The notes under the pieces: model-generated
Database searches by the model: none
The model's input: only the letters and a program-made list of their open reading frames with translations
What the model was told of the DNA's origin: nothing
Part shown: positions 1 through 12,175 of the stretch, piece by piece
Layout: each line of letters starts with the position of its first letter
Position numbering within the stretch: position 1 is the first letter of the stretch
NCBI GenBank assembly: GCA_051294905.1
Contig: CM119371.1
Location: 8,496,001 to 8,560,000, forward strand
DNA from: Botryllus schlosseri
Lineage: Eukaryota
Reading direction: 5' to 3'
DNA: 64,000 bases
Program-made: the position numbers and the translations under genes

Positions 1-40
1 TTAAACGCTTTGATGGTACAATTAATGAAACGCTGTAATA

Positions 41-350
41 GACTCATTTACTCATATTGGTTTTAACTATGAAATCGAATACTGGTACTACCGTTTGATG
101 TCAGATTGCAGTATATTCTCTTTGTGCTGGAGTGTTGAGCGGGCCAGACTCAGATATAAATTGAAGATATTAGTGCGACCACTTTCAAATGACAATAAAC
201 TTCAGTTAAGTCCACTATATGGAGACAATAAATGTACATAGTTTTATCAACTTCGTACGTCCCTACGAGGAGTATCATTTGGATTAAAATGTTGTGTTTG
301 ATTTATACCGTAATGTTAGTTTGAGGTCGATTTTGGTTTCGTGTACCAGG
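41..350 (+). repeat. Segment duplicated (diverged) at about 4540-7716, where it is split by TE insertions
   Basis: Colinear matches such as aaaatgttgtgtt.gatttataccgtaatgttagt..gaggt.gatt.tggtttcgtgtaccaggg. Confidence 0.85.
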
Positions 351-1149
351 GTGTATATTCAACACATCCATTTATAACGGGTAATAGACGGATGTGGTGA
401 ATACAGACGTTTTCGCTAGGAGTATACGGAGCATGATTGGTCCTATCGCATCATATACGGTGCGTTGGAAAGCACCACATGTTGATGAAACTGACATATA
501 TGTGAAGCAGAGATGACCACACAGATTGTCACAAACTCAAATAAAGTAATTATGGTCGAAAACAACATGGAATAATATTTATTTTGACGAAACACTGGCA
601 TTATTTGGCATTATGTTATTGGTGGACAGGGAAAAAGTACCAATTTGACATTTTAACATCCTTCACACTGTTCTGACGTCACCCTTATACTCGATCCAGA
701 ACTAAATCTATCAAGTATCTAATTTTGCCCATAAAGAAGTGCAAAGTTTTACTAATTTTGCATCAAATTCATCAATACAAAATACAATAAAAGATCGCTC
801 TATTGCTTTTGTGACCTAAATTGATACCTTTCGCGACCCATACTTTACAAATCACTGACCTAAAAGATCTGATCTGGTTATTTTTACGTAATCATATGCG
901 TGGACGTGACAACGTTATTTTATTGCTGTTTAGATGACTCTCTGGTGCTAAGAAGGACAATCATGGGGTTGCGTTTACTTGTGCCTTACGCTGATTTTGC
1001 AATCAAATATTACCGACCATAGTGAAGTAACCAATCACTATCTAGTTGAAAGACGTGACTGTTTTGTAGTTGGTTTCAACGTTAGCAAGTCGCGGACAAA
1101 AACAACCACGCCTACCTTCCTATTCCATGTCTGTTATCTGCGAAAGCTC

Positions 1150-1450
1150 GGGCATTAATCAGACATCTGCGGTGGATCAAAGTTGCCAACTAGTTCTTCG
1201 AACTGCGGCTGCATGTCGGGTGTAGGAACCGTTAGTAATGAATGCACGTAAACATCAGTTGAATTGAAATGCAGCGTAGCCTAGTCTATGGTTGATGTTC
1301 ACGGCCGATATTGTTTGGTCGAAAATGTCTGTAGACCCGAAAAGAATAAGTAATTTCATCACCATCTTTCTCAGGTTTTCAGACTTAGATTCATTTTGTG
1401 ACGCATAAAATTTGTCAATACTTTCAGATAGGAATTTCACTTTCAAGGTA
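1150..1450 (-). pseudogene. hAT (Buster/Charlie-like) transposase C-terminal dimerization fragment
   Basis: ENLRKMVMKLLILFGSTDIFDQTISAVNIN resembles the LFGSTYxCEQxFSxMN motif; interrupted frames. Confidence 0.75.
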
Positions 1451-1657
1451 AAAACTCTCTGCGGCCTCTCAAAATCACGCCGTGGGCCTACTTTCAAGGT
1501 GAAGTTTGGGCATCATTTGGCATGACCGGTCTGTAAGCGACTAAAATAGTCTGAATGGGACCAGCTATAGAAATTGAGTTCGACTTGCCTGCTATATAGC
1601 ATCTACGTTCAGCATCACGTTGTTCAAAGAAATCGGTATTGCCATGTTGTTCTATAT

Positions 1658-3782
1658 CAGTGGTTCTTAACTTTGCCTCTGCGCCTGTCGATTTTGAAGG
1701 GGGCGGTAACGCTCAGGGGGTGATATGGAGGGGAGCTGGACTCAAAGGGGCGCAATAGGCACGCTAAAGAAAAATGGCTTCGTATTAGATGATGTGCATG
1801 GTAATAAGACATATCCTTAATGAGTATTCAGAGCAAATTAACATCCCACAGAACATGTCAAATCCCGAAAATTTTGGTCGATGTTTGCTACGTATCATTT
1901 TATAAATGTAGTGGCTTCTATAATTCACGTAAATCGAATTGTGCGTACCTTTAGAGTCCGCTTGTACATAAAATAAGTTTTGACGCTTTGTGCAGTCGAA
2001 TTGTCGAATGTCCTCGAGCGCGATTAAGGGGAATAGCAAGTCAAAAACCTAACTCTTAGATGGCTACGCCCAACACCATGAAATTTTCGCAGTCGCTACA
2101 TGTCGCTATGCTTCATAAAAGAAAACACAAAAATTTTTCTACCCTGCAGATTGTGGATTTGAAGGAGAAAAAAATGCACCGACACGGGGAACACAAATCT
2201 AAAACTTGTAAAGCCGTTTTTCCAATCTAATGCCTTCTTTAGGAAGTACTAGGACAGTTCTGTGTTATGCTAAAATTTGAAGGAATATGTGCCACCCTAT
2301 TAGCAGAAATTTCATTTTGAAATTTCAAAATTTTCGAATTTCAAGTCATTTTTAAAAAAAAGTTTGCTGTGAATCTCTGTAATTCTAGACCTAGACCAGA
2401 GGTTCCCAACGTGGGTGATATCGCCCCCAAGGGGGCGATTTGGCGGTCTAGTGGGGGCGAAAATAACGAAGGGGCGATAGGGGCGAAAACAACGAAGGGG
2501 GCGATATGGGGCTATATTGGAGTCGGGACCGTAACTACCGCACCCCAAACCCCCCGATTGGGGTTGGGGGGCCCGAAATCGAAGGAAGCCCAAAATTATT
2601 TAGTGAATTAACATGAATGATAGAGTAATTTTTAGAAATTCATGTTAATTTTTCAAAAAAATTTCGCGCTGCGCGCCATTTAGTATTTTCATGTATCTTG
2701 ATGTTGGGGTCCCCGGACCCCGTCACTCAACAAAACTACGCAAGATTCATGGAAATGGGGACTTCGGCGTCGGCCATTACTGCGCCACGACGCACCAAGA
2801 CATATGAAGTTAGCGGCCATGTAACTTGCGACTCCGAGAAGTGTGTCAGAATAATCAGCAGCGAGAAGACCTTGGCCGAAAAGGAATGCCCTTGTGCTGA
2901 CCGAAGACTTCGATATATATATATATATAAATAGCTGGTTCGTGGTACAGAACTTGAATATAGCTTTCAATACAACATCCATTGTAGCAGTATATTTATT
3001 AAACTCGAAGACTTTTCGGGTGCCTCTTTTCAAGAGTTATCGGCACACTAAAGGGATTTAAACAGATTTAAAAGCAAAACCAAAAAGGCGAAGTATGACG
3101 CAACATTCAAAATCACAGACCATGAAATTCGCATTGTATCAATGGCAACAATAACAAACTACGAAGTACACGGACATACGGTACTATAGTAGCAGCACAA
3201 TTTGTAAAAAAAACAATTGCACGCACGGAACAACACGCACTAATGAGAAATTTGTAGGTTATAGAGGAAATCTTTCTGTCTGCATAAAAGAGGTTTGCTC
3301 AACTGAATGATAGTAGACTGCAACACTTTTAAATGAAACACAGACCTACCACGCGCAATGACAGTGAACATATTGTCATCATAGTGCTGTGCACAGGCAA
3401 GGTTTTCGCTCAGATGCTGACCGATTGACGAAGCATATGCTTGGTAATCATCATAGCAGTCTGTTTTTGCAGCCAATTTGCACTGACGTGCGAGCTCCGT
3501 GCGATCATTTGCGCATGTTTTCGACCGAATGACCGAATTTTGTATTTGGCGCCTAGGGCGACCAGGCCACATAAACATTGATGACCATCGAAATCACGCG
3601 ACGTGATTCTTGGGGACGAAGCCCTCAGAAATTTGGTTTATCACGCTATGGGAGTGCAAGACAATCGTTTTTAGGGGGCTGACGAAGTGCTGTTACGTCC
3701 CTACCTCTAACCCACAGCTTTTATTACATTCCTTACAATATGATATGGGGGGCGCTGGAGGAAAAAAGGTTATGAACCACTG
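1658..3782. mobile_element. Non-autonomous hAT element containing further nested MITE ends (2397; about 2523-3703)
   Basis: CAGTGGTTCTTAAC...GTTATGAACCACTG termini; flanks ttctatat / ttttatat (7/8 TSD). Confidence 0.7.
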
Positions 3783-4735
3783 TTTTATATTATGAAGAAT
3801 TTTGCATTAAACTAACGGTCGGTATTTGTTTCCGAATTTATATAAAATATATATAACTCCAATTACATCAGGAGATCCGAAAGCTCGTGTGATAAATAAA
3901 AGTATTACGTTGCGAGTGGACGCTAAATAGGGTGTTAAAGCAACCAAGAGCTTAATATAACCAGGACAAAGGTAATTCTAAGATATAAACGGATTGTAAT
4001 TTGCAACAGCGACAAAACAAACTAGCGATGTGCGATTGGAATTGCGTCACGCGCTCGGTATTGTTGCAACCATAGCAACATAACGGATATCTCTATTCAG
4101 GCGACGACATAAAACTCCAAACCAAAACAAGGTCCCGCGGTAGAACAATGTTCGACTTCTCAATATGGCTTGAAGGTCACATTATTTAAGTGAACTAAAG
4201 GTAGACTATACGCCGCAGTTAGTGCATTGACATTATTTTCACAGGCGGGAAGTGATTAGCGACATATACCATGTCATGTCATGTCATGACTTCTCGAATC
4301 TTCAATTGTGATGTTTCGGTAGATTTCTCTCGTTTTGTAGCGATTTGCACGGATATTCTCTACCAATATGTGTAGAATCTGTAGTTTGATGAGTAATATT
4401 TTTTTATATTTGTTTAGTGATTATAAGCGAATATTTGGGTTTCACAAAATGCTTTGCAGACTGGTGTGTCGACTTGTTTGTAAAAGTAAAGAAGCACTGC
4501 GGTAGACTCGTTTGTATGGTTCGTAACATAGTTTGACAAGACTTTATACTCGTTAGTTTTTAACTATGATATCAAAGATTAAAGTACACAATACCTACTG
4601 ATTGATGCAAGATTGCATACTGTCTTTTACCTAGACTCTAGGTCCTAGAGGTTTGAGCGTTCCAGATTCTGATTTAAATGGAAGATATAAGGGCGATCAC
4701 TTTACAACGACAAACTTCAGAAAGCATCTTGCAAG

Positions 4736-5637
4736 CAGGGCTTGGGAGCAGCAATAAATTTAAACTGCTCCAGCTCCGGCTCCGTAGCTCTCTTCTATCA
4801 TACATTAGCTCCGGTTCCAGCTCCGGAGAAGCATTATAACCACTGCTCCGGCTCCGGCTCTGAATTATCTAATGGTCCTGTCTATATCAGGGGTGGCCTA
4901 CCCCCTACTGAAATCGAAAAAAAACGCCTAATTTACCCGATTGAGTCTAACTGTATTCGCAATTACGGAAGAAAGTCTTTTCGCAATTGCGCTCGCATAA
5001 AATCGTCGACGTTGAAATGTAGGCACAAAATGATTGTCGCATATTATCGGAGACCTTCTGTATCGATGTGTCCGAATAGTCGCGTCCTTGCAAACTGAGC
5101 TTAGCGGGTGGTATACAATAGACCCGCAATACTAACCTAGTTTATTTATAAACTTAAAAAATCTTACCCGCTTGGCGTGGCTAGTGGACTCGTTCGTCAA
5201 TTGCATGTGCCCTTTTAGCAGAAAAGGTTGGCCATTCCTGGTCTATATAGATTACTAATCGACCAATAGTAATCTAGAGTCCGTCAGTAACATCCGATGT
5301 AGCAACAAAGACATATAGGTGCCGCCGTGCCGGCTTGTGACTTCATACTGAATACTTGTCAATTTTCGACAACATCATAGTTGCACTAGAACGCAATTTA
5401 CTCCATGCTGTACACAGCATTAAAATTCAGGCCTGGTGTTCAATTATGATAAATTAGCAGATGTGGTTGTTGCATATATAATAGCATCTTATGAAATCGG
5501 TCGGAGCCAGAGCTACTCCTCATATAACGGGCTCCAGCTCCGGCTCCGGCTAAATTTTATGTAGAGCTCTGGCTCCGGCTCCAGCTCCGGTGAAAATGCA
5601 CGGCTCCGGGGCTCCGGCTCCGGGCTCCAAAGCCCTG
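4736..5637. mobile_element. hAT MITE with (GGCTCC)n subterminal arrays
   Basis: CAGGGCTT...AAGCCCTG termini; perfect 8-bp TSD cttgcaag. Confidence 0.92.
4888..5240. mobile_element. hAT MITE nested in 4736-5637
   Basis: CAGGGGTGGCC...GGCCATTCCTG termini; perfect TSD gtctatat. Confidence 0.9.
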
Positions 5638-5667
5638 CTTGCAAGCATGCTCAAGTCCACAATATAA

Positions 5668-7552
5668 TAGGTTTGCCATACGTCCGGAATTTCCCGGACA
5701 TATCTGGAATTTCACTGTTCAAGCTAGCGTCCGGGAGGAATTTCTAAAATATGCCAAATGTCCGGAATTTTGAAAATTTGACGTAGGCTCATAAATTTTT
5801 CGTAAATCAGCATAAAATTTTTTTTATGGGAATATTTATGCCGATGCATGATATTTTTCTTCGCGCTGCACACGATTTTTCATCACATTTATTGATTTTA
5901 ATAGGGCAAGGACAACATCACCAAACTTTGAAGCTACATTTGTTTGATTCAACCGTGACCAGAAGAGTAACAGTAATGTCAGTTGATCATTCATCGCATG
6001 TTGTGAAATACGTTGCCGCGTAGACTACATTAGCCTAGCATCGGATGAGCCCAATGACTTCACAGACATTGCATAGATAATTATCTGCGGGGTGTTTTTT
6101 ATCAGAGTGGAAATGCAGGCAGGGCAAACGCGGGGAAGGACCAGCGAAAAACATCAACTTGACAATGATGACTTCCATCTGTATGTAGGCCTATGACTAT
6201 TGGTGCAGGGCTCCAGCCATGGAAGGAAAGGAGTGGGGTTGATTGCTGGTTTGTTCAGAAATGACCCGAACGACAAACTTCATCCCATATCTTTGAGAGC
6301 TCAAAGTGATAATGGCCTCTGTAACAGAAAAGTTACCGTAATTTTATACTTGCCCACTTACGCATTGAAACAGAGAGTTCGGTTGAAATAGAGAGTTCGG
6401 CTGAAACAGAGAGTTCGGTTCTTTCTCTGGTGGGTGGAAGGGTTTGAAGGTGCATAAACGACTTGGCAACAGTGGTGGCTTTTGGCGTTGGCGAGGAGGG
6501 CGGTGGCCCGCCCCCTGTTCGAAGGGCCCCCCTGTTTGCCCAATCATCAAATCTCTGCATTTATTAGAAAAGTCCTATGTATCGATGATATTCAAGTCCC
6601 TCTGCATGCAGTAGAGGTACTTAGTTTTGATGTAGTCTATCCTTGCAACCATGCAATAATAGATATGAACTAATCCAGCGCCTGGCTCAAACCTTGACGT
6701 AGTGTACTGCCTCATTACTAATGTCAGCCGATAGCTTTCCAGATTAGCGTGGGTCCATTTAGCCTGCAGCAGCTGTGTCGCTATTCTATTATTTCACGCT
6801 ACATGGCATACATCTTCAACATGAAGGTTTGGGCTATAGTTACCTGGTTAATTTTTATAATTTGACAATGTATGAAAAAGACAAGGCTCAACAGCTAGAG
6901 CAATTCCACATTACGGCCTCTTTGAAAGCCTCTGTTATAGTTTCATATACATATGACGGTACCCTGCCCCACTAATATCAAATTTGTAACACTAGTTGTG
7001 AAAGGGGGGTGCTGTAATTACATAGTTCAACCCCCCAGAAGTCTCGCGCAGGGCCCCCCAATCGTAGGGCCAGCACTGCTCGGCAATTAAAACAATGCAC
7101 GGTGCACGTTCAATGACGAGATGTACTTGCGCCGCTGGAAGATAATTAATATTCCCACGAAAAACTACCAACTTACGAACTCTGCCCAACAGTGTTTTAG
7201 AATGCCCAAATTTGCTAGTAGCGCACAAATACATGAAGAAATAATGCTCTGCGGCCCGCAGCGTCTTTTGCTGTTCAAATGCAGCCGGTTGTACAAGGGA
7301 AGTTGAGAACCCCTGCCTTATGATGTGAGCTCAAAATCGTTGTTTATTTGGGCCGCAAGGGGCTGGAAAAATTTGCTTTCAGTCCCGGTTACACAACACA
7401 CACACACACACACACAGCTAAATAGGCTGGATCGTGGCCACCTCTGGTCTATGTGCAAAGCTTTGCTAGTGTGACGTCATAACTCATTTTACATCCACTA
7501 GTGGGCGCATAAGATTGTCTGGAATTTGTGTTGCAGAAATATGGTAACCCTA
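5668..7552. mobile_element. Non-autonomous hAT element, TAGGGTTGCC/TCCGG family, with internal MITE fragments
   Basis: TAGGTTTGCCATA...TATGGTAACCCTA termini; perfect TSD caatataa; related to 49673-50774 and 54314-57218. Confidence 0.88.
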
Positions 7553-8298
7553 CAATATAAAGACTGATGTGCAGAATTAAATCGCGATTATAAATCATTC
7601 GTGTCTAAGTTCACGCCTTCGTATGTCTCTACGTGGAGTATTAGTTGGAATAAAATGTTGTGTTCGATTTATACCGTAATGTTAGTCCGAGGTAGATTCT
7701 GGTTTCGTGTACCAGGGCAAGGAAGAGAAAATGAGTCGAGTCATCAGAAAATCGTTACTCGAGTCGGACCCGAGTCGAGACATGACTCGAGTCATTACAA
7801 CCCTGCTATGTCATGACTAATTGACAGCATTGTCACGGAGGGCAATGAAATAGTTATGGTAGAGAAATACTAATACTAACTCCATCATTTAGATTTTTAT
7901 GGCGTCATAATGAGCGATAACGGAATATCATACTCGACTCGGAACCTAATACTCGATTGAGAGTCGAATTCTTTAGGCACTCTATTTTAGTAAGTTCAAT
8001 AATTATGACTAGGACGAATATTTTTGACTTGTCGGAAATAGTCGACATACAGTCAAAATTATTGCGTTAGAGGTCATGAAGTGTAAAAATTGTTAATGAC
8101 AACTCCTACATAGCGGGTATCGATGTCAGCATATAGGCATCGAATTCCACGGTATGGTGGAAATACACAATAGAAATCTGACGTTATACGAATGAGGTGG
8201 TTAACTGTGTATGTTTTGATGTGGATACCTACACTCTTTAAACAAAGAGTGTGTATTTATGCTCGTGTACTACTCCTGATATACGTGGCTATGTATAT

Positions 8299-9910
8299 TA
8301 GGGTTGTCCAAAATTTGGAAAATCTTAAAAATTCCCCGTGATTGTGTCTCATTCCATAGATTATTGATAATAAATAACAATGAGCCCAAAAGAAGCTCAC
8401 GGGAAAGCCGTTAAGATTTCGGCCAAAGCGTTTTAAAGTAGCTGCCCAAGAATGGGCGTGACACCGACCATAGAACGGCGAGAAGACTAGTAATCAAATA
8501 ACCACGGCTCCTGATTGGCTAATTGGCTATGCTTCAATGATCACCACAGCAACAACTTGCTGATTATGTGCTCAAGGAGTCTGCTACCGGTGGGGATTCT
8601 GAAATCGCGTTGTTGGTAGGTTGGCAGATGATGATTTAAGATTAATTCATGACATGTTAAGGTACGAAATACATGATGAACAATCAACAGCTGCTTCACA
8701 TAAACTTTTACAGCATGACTGCTTTGCTGTGAAGGAAACGGCTGTAGCCTACATGCCGTGTTTTCATCGAGGGAAAGCAAAGACGCGTATGCAATTAGTG
8801 AACGAATTCCCCGTTTCAGAAGGGATCCATCATCAGTGAATACAAATATAAAGCTTGACCATGACACTATACTTTGTGTGAGCTTATTGGACTCCAGTTG
8901 TAGTATATAGTTGATATTTTGATACTCTAGGGATTGACTGAATCAGCCGGTTGTGCTTGGCAGTTATACTTACAGCAAATTGAATTCACATGTAAGTGTT
9001 GTCAAAGTCCTTAATGATGCTGCAGAAAAGAGGTGTAAAGTAAGCACAATGCTGGATATCATGTCCAAACTATGCTGGTTACTATGCAGTATAGTCTGTG
9101 ATTATCTTTACACCTATTTTCTGCGGGATCAATAGGGACTTTGACATACCACATTGGGCATAGCCTGTGCGAGTGTGCGTTATCATTAGGGACTTTAGCA
9201 ACACTTACAAGTGAATTCAATTTACTGTAAGCATCTGATGAGTGCCAAGCATAACCCGCTGATTCAGCCGATTCCAATATCATTCAAAACGTCACCTATA
9301 TATTACAGCTTGAGCCTAATAAGATCACACAAATTACGGTATCGTGTCATTGATAAGCTTTATATTTGAGTTCACTGATGATGGATCCTTTCCAAACGGG
9401 GAATTCGTTTACCGCTTGCATAAGCGCCTTTGCTTTCCCTCGGTGAAAACACGGCATGTAGGCTACAGCCGTTTCCTTCCAATAAAGCAGTCATGCTGTA
9501 GAAGTTTTTGTGAAGCAGCTGTTGATCGTTCATCATGTATTTCGTACCTTAACATGTCCTGAATTAATCTTAAATCATCATCTGCCAACCTACCAACAAC
9601 GCGATTTCAGAATCCCCACCGGTAGCAGACTCCTTGAGCACATAATCAGCAAGTTGTTGCTGTGGTGATCATTGAAGCATAGCCAATTAGCCAATCAGGA
9701 GCCGTGGTTATTTGATTACTAGTCTTCTCGCCGTTCTATGGTCGGTGGCACGCCCATTATTGGGCAGCTACTTTAAAACGCTTTGGCCGAAATCTTAACG
9801 GCGTTCCCGCGAGCTTCTTTTGGGCTCATTGTTATTTTTTATCAATAATCTATGGAATGAGACACAATCACGGGGTATTTTTAAGATTTTCCAAATTTTG
9901 GACAACCCTA
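8299..9910. mobile_element. 1.6-kb palindromic (foldback) element derived from a hATm-like transposon
   Basis: Arms of about 700 bp are reverse complements. TAGGGTTGTCC termini and perfect TSD atgtatat. Both arms carry decayed transposase motifs (DDLRLIHDMLRY...AASHKLLQH; VKVLNDAAE). Confidence 0.92.
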
Positions 9911-11133
9911 ATGTATATCCTTATCCACCCATGACACGCAAAACCAGAACCCAGCTGAGACTAATAGCGTGGTATAAAGCGTGGTCCTTATTAAAGTTAA
10001 ATCTCAGCATCTTTCATAAATGTGCTGGATAATACACCCACATTTACGAATCGCTTCGCGAGCCGGATGAACTGTTCTCGCCCCGGCCGGATGTGGCCTG
10101 CGAGCCGTAAATTTAACACCCCTGGTTTACACCATTAGTGAGAGCAAAGGTTAATTAAATGGAATGCGTTTGGCGAGTGGCGGGTTTAAACCCTGTTGTA
10201 ATGAAGGCAACCGATCAAGTTCCCGTCACACGTACGAGACAACCATAAACCTTAGAATGATGATGTGGTTGTTTCTTGCGCATATACAGACAGAAATCAA
10301 CAGAGACAGGATGCACCATATCGTACGCCTATAGCTATGTGCTGGAGTGTATTCTCAAGGAACACACAAGACGAAACGTCGCCAGTATACTGTACTTACT
10401 GCACTGTGCTGTTCTTATTCTAATCCTGGTTGTATATAATATAATATATCATAATATATAATATATATATAAGTACAGCCGACACATGCATAGCAAAAGC
10501 GAATTTATTGTTGATTATAACCAAGATAATATCGTTGTCAAGTATGCGATTGATTATTTTCTAACCATATGTTAAATTCCACCCTCCCATTGCTTGGAAG
10601 AGGAAAATCTTTGGGACATGCTACTGGTCATCACACGGATTTTGTTTCGATAGCTTTCTATAACGATTCAGGCTTTGAATAGTATAAGTTTTGCATTTTT
10701 TGTGATGTGAAGTTAAAAAAGTAAAGATGATCTGGGTTTCCTTGGTTTGTCTCATCGGACTTTATGTGATGGAGTATTGGGCACGCTCGGCGCCTCAGCT
10801 TTCCTGGGTAATGATAAACTGTGAATTTATGTTTGTGGGATAAATTTCTTTTATGAACTGCATCACGGGTTGACACGGCCAGAATTGAAGCTGCGCGCCT
10901 CGAGCATAATTCGTGTATTTCATCTCACCAATCCTATTTGTTCACATAGTCATTATGTGTTCAAAATTTGTGGATGTTCACAGCTCCTGAATCAGAGTAC
11001 TCGAATTAAATTCTTTAGTTTCGACGCGCTATTCAAATAAAATTTCTCAAATATTGTAGACTTTCAATTTAGTGTCCTTGCATTTTTAGTATTGTCTGAT
11101 ACATCAACTATTTACCATTACGTGATTGCCATC

Positions 11134-11206
11134 ATGGCGGAAGGGGGTGAGGACCGAAATTCTGGGGGCACAGGTGTGCCATCGTCAGTATTACCCGGGG
11201 AAAGCA
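11134..11206 (+). CDS. NLR N-terminal cassette A, coding exon 1 (MAEGGEDRNSGGTGVPSSVLPGES)
   Basis: Good Kozak context (ccatcATGG), donor GCA|gtaagt in phase 1, paralogous to 17484-17559 including the flanking non-coding sequence. Confidence 0.7.
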
Positions 11207-11425
11207 GTAAGTAAAACTTAAATATTTGAGTTCCTATTTATTTCTTCAACATTATCCATATAAAATCATGTTTAAGTCACTGAAATATTATATTATTAGC
11301 CCGCTGCATAATCTAGTACTGGCAAGACATTATGGGAAGTTTCCATGATGCAATTTGATTACAAATGCTTATAAATGAGTATACATCGGAACTCGGAACT
11401 ATTACAATATTCTCGGGCGTCTCAG

Positions 11426-11575
11426 GATCAGCAAGTTTGGCAGTAGTCGAAAACGTCAATCAACGGATCATGAACAGCTCGGTTAACGTTGTGACGGAAG
11501 ATCAGATTACCGTGAACAAGATCACCAACAACTACACCATGGATTCTGGAAATGAAGCAATTCCAACAGACCAAC
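11426..11575 (+). CDS. NLR N-terminal cassette A, exon 2 (Asn/Val-rich motif)
   Basis: ctcag|GA acceptor and CAAC|gtgagt donor, 150 nt, phase 1-1. Encodes SASLAVVENVNQRIMNSSVNVVTEDQITVNKITNNYTMDSGNEAIPTDQ. Paralog of 17783-17926. Confidence 0.75.
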
Positions 11576-11619
11576 GTGAGTGTTTTACCAGGAACTTTGT
11601 AGTGCAGCTTGTCAGACTA

Positions 11620-11900
11620 TGGATTACTAACCTACAGACAAGTCCAGTCGTTACGTTCTGGCAAGCATTACACTTATTGCAGATCAAACCACAACACCAA
11701 CCATGCAATACTATCAATTGTAACGGACTATTACAAAACCATCAAGCAAAAAAATGGCTGCAGCATTTTCATCGACCTCCTCAAAGCTTTCGACACTGTG
11801 AACCACAGAATTTTAAGATACAAGCTTGAACACTATGGTATCAGGTGTATTGCAGCAACTATACTTAAAAGCTACCTGGCAAACTGCAAACAATTTGTTA
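11620..11900 (+). mobile_element. CR1/L2-type LINE reverse transcriptase fragment
   Basis: IFIDLLKAFDTVNHRILRYKLEHYGIR...LKSYLAN motif. Confidence 0.85.
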
Positions 11901-12175
11901 AACAATTTGTTGAACTGATCAAATTTAGTATGGCAGCAGTACAGAACGACGCCGCGCGCTCTGTAGCCACTATACCAGCATTAGGATTAGTCTTAGTGCA
12001 ACCTACCTTGAAATGAAATGATGTCCCGTCCAATGTTCTTTGCTATTTTCAAACAAGTTTGGTGAAATTTGTCACAAATGTTAAACACTCAGCAACGGGA
12101 ATGCGGATTTAAACTTGGCACAAGACACTATATGCATACTATTAGACCAGGGATGGGCGACCGGCGGCCGTAGAA

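Noticed and set aside
2312..3578. Overlapping 78-114 aa ORFs (also 16119-16460 and 26586-26900)
   Set aside because: They lie in copies of one non-coding MITE family and frames are not conserved between copies.
6365..6420. Three 18-bp direct repeats (tgaaacagagagttcgg) as a CRISPR-like array
   Set aside because: No spacers, eukaryotic context and inside a TE; a simple minisatellite.
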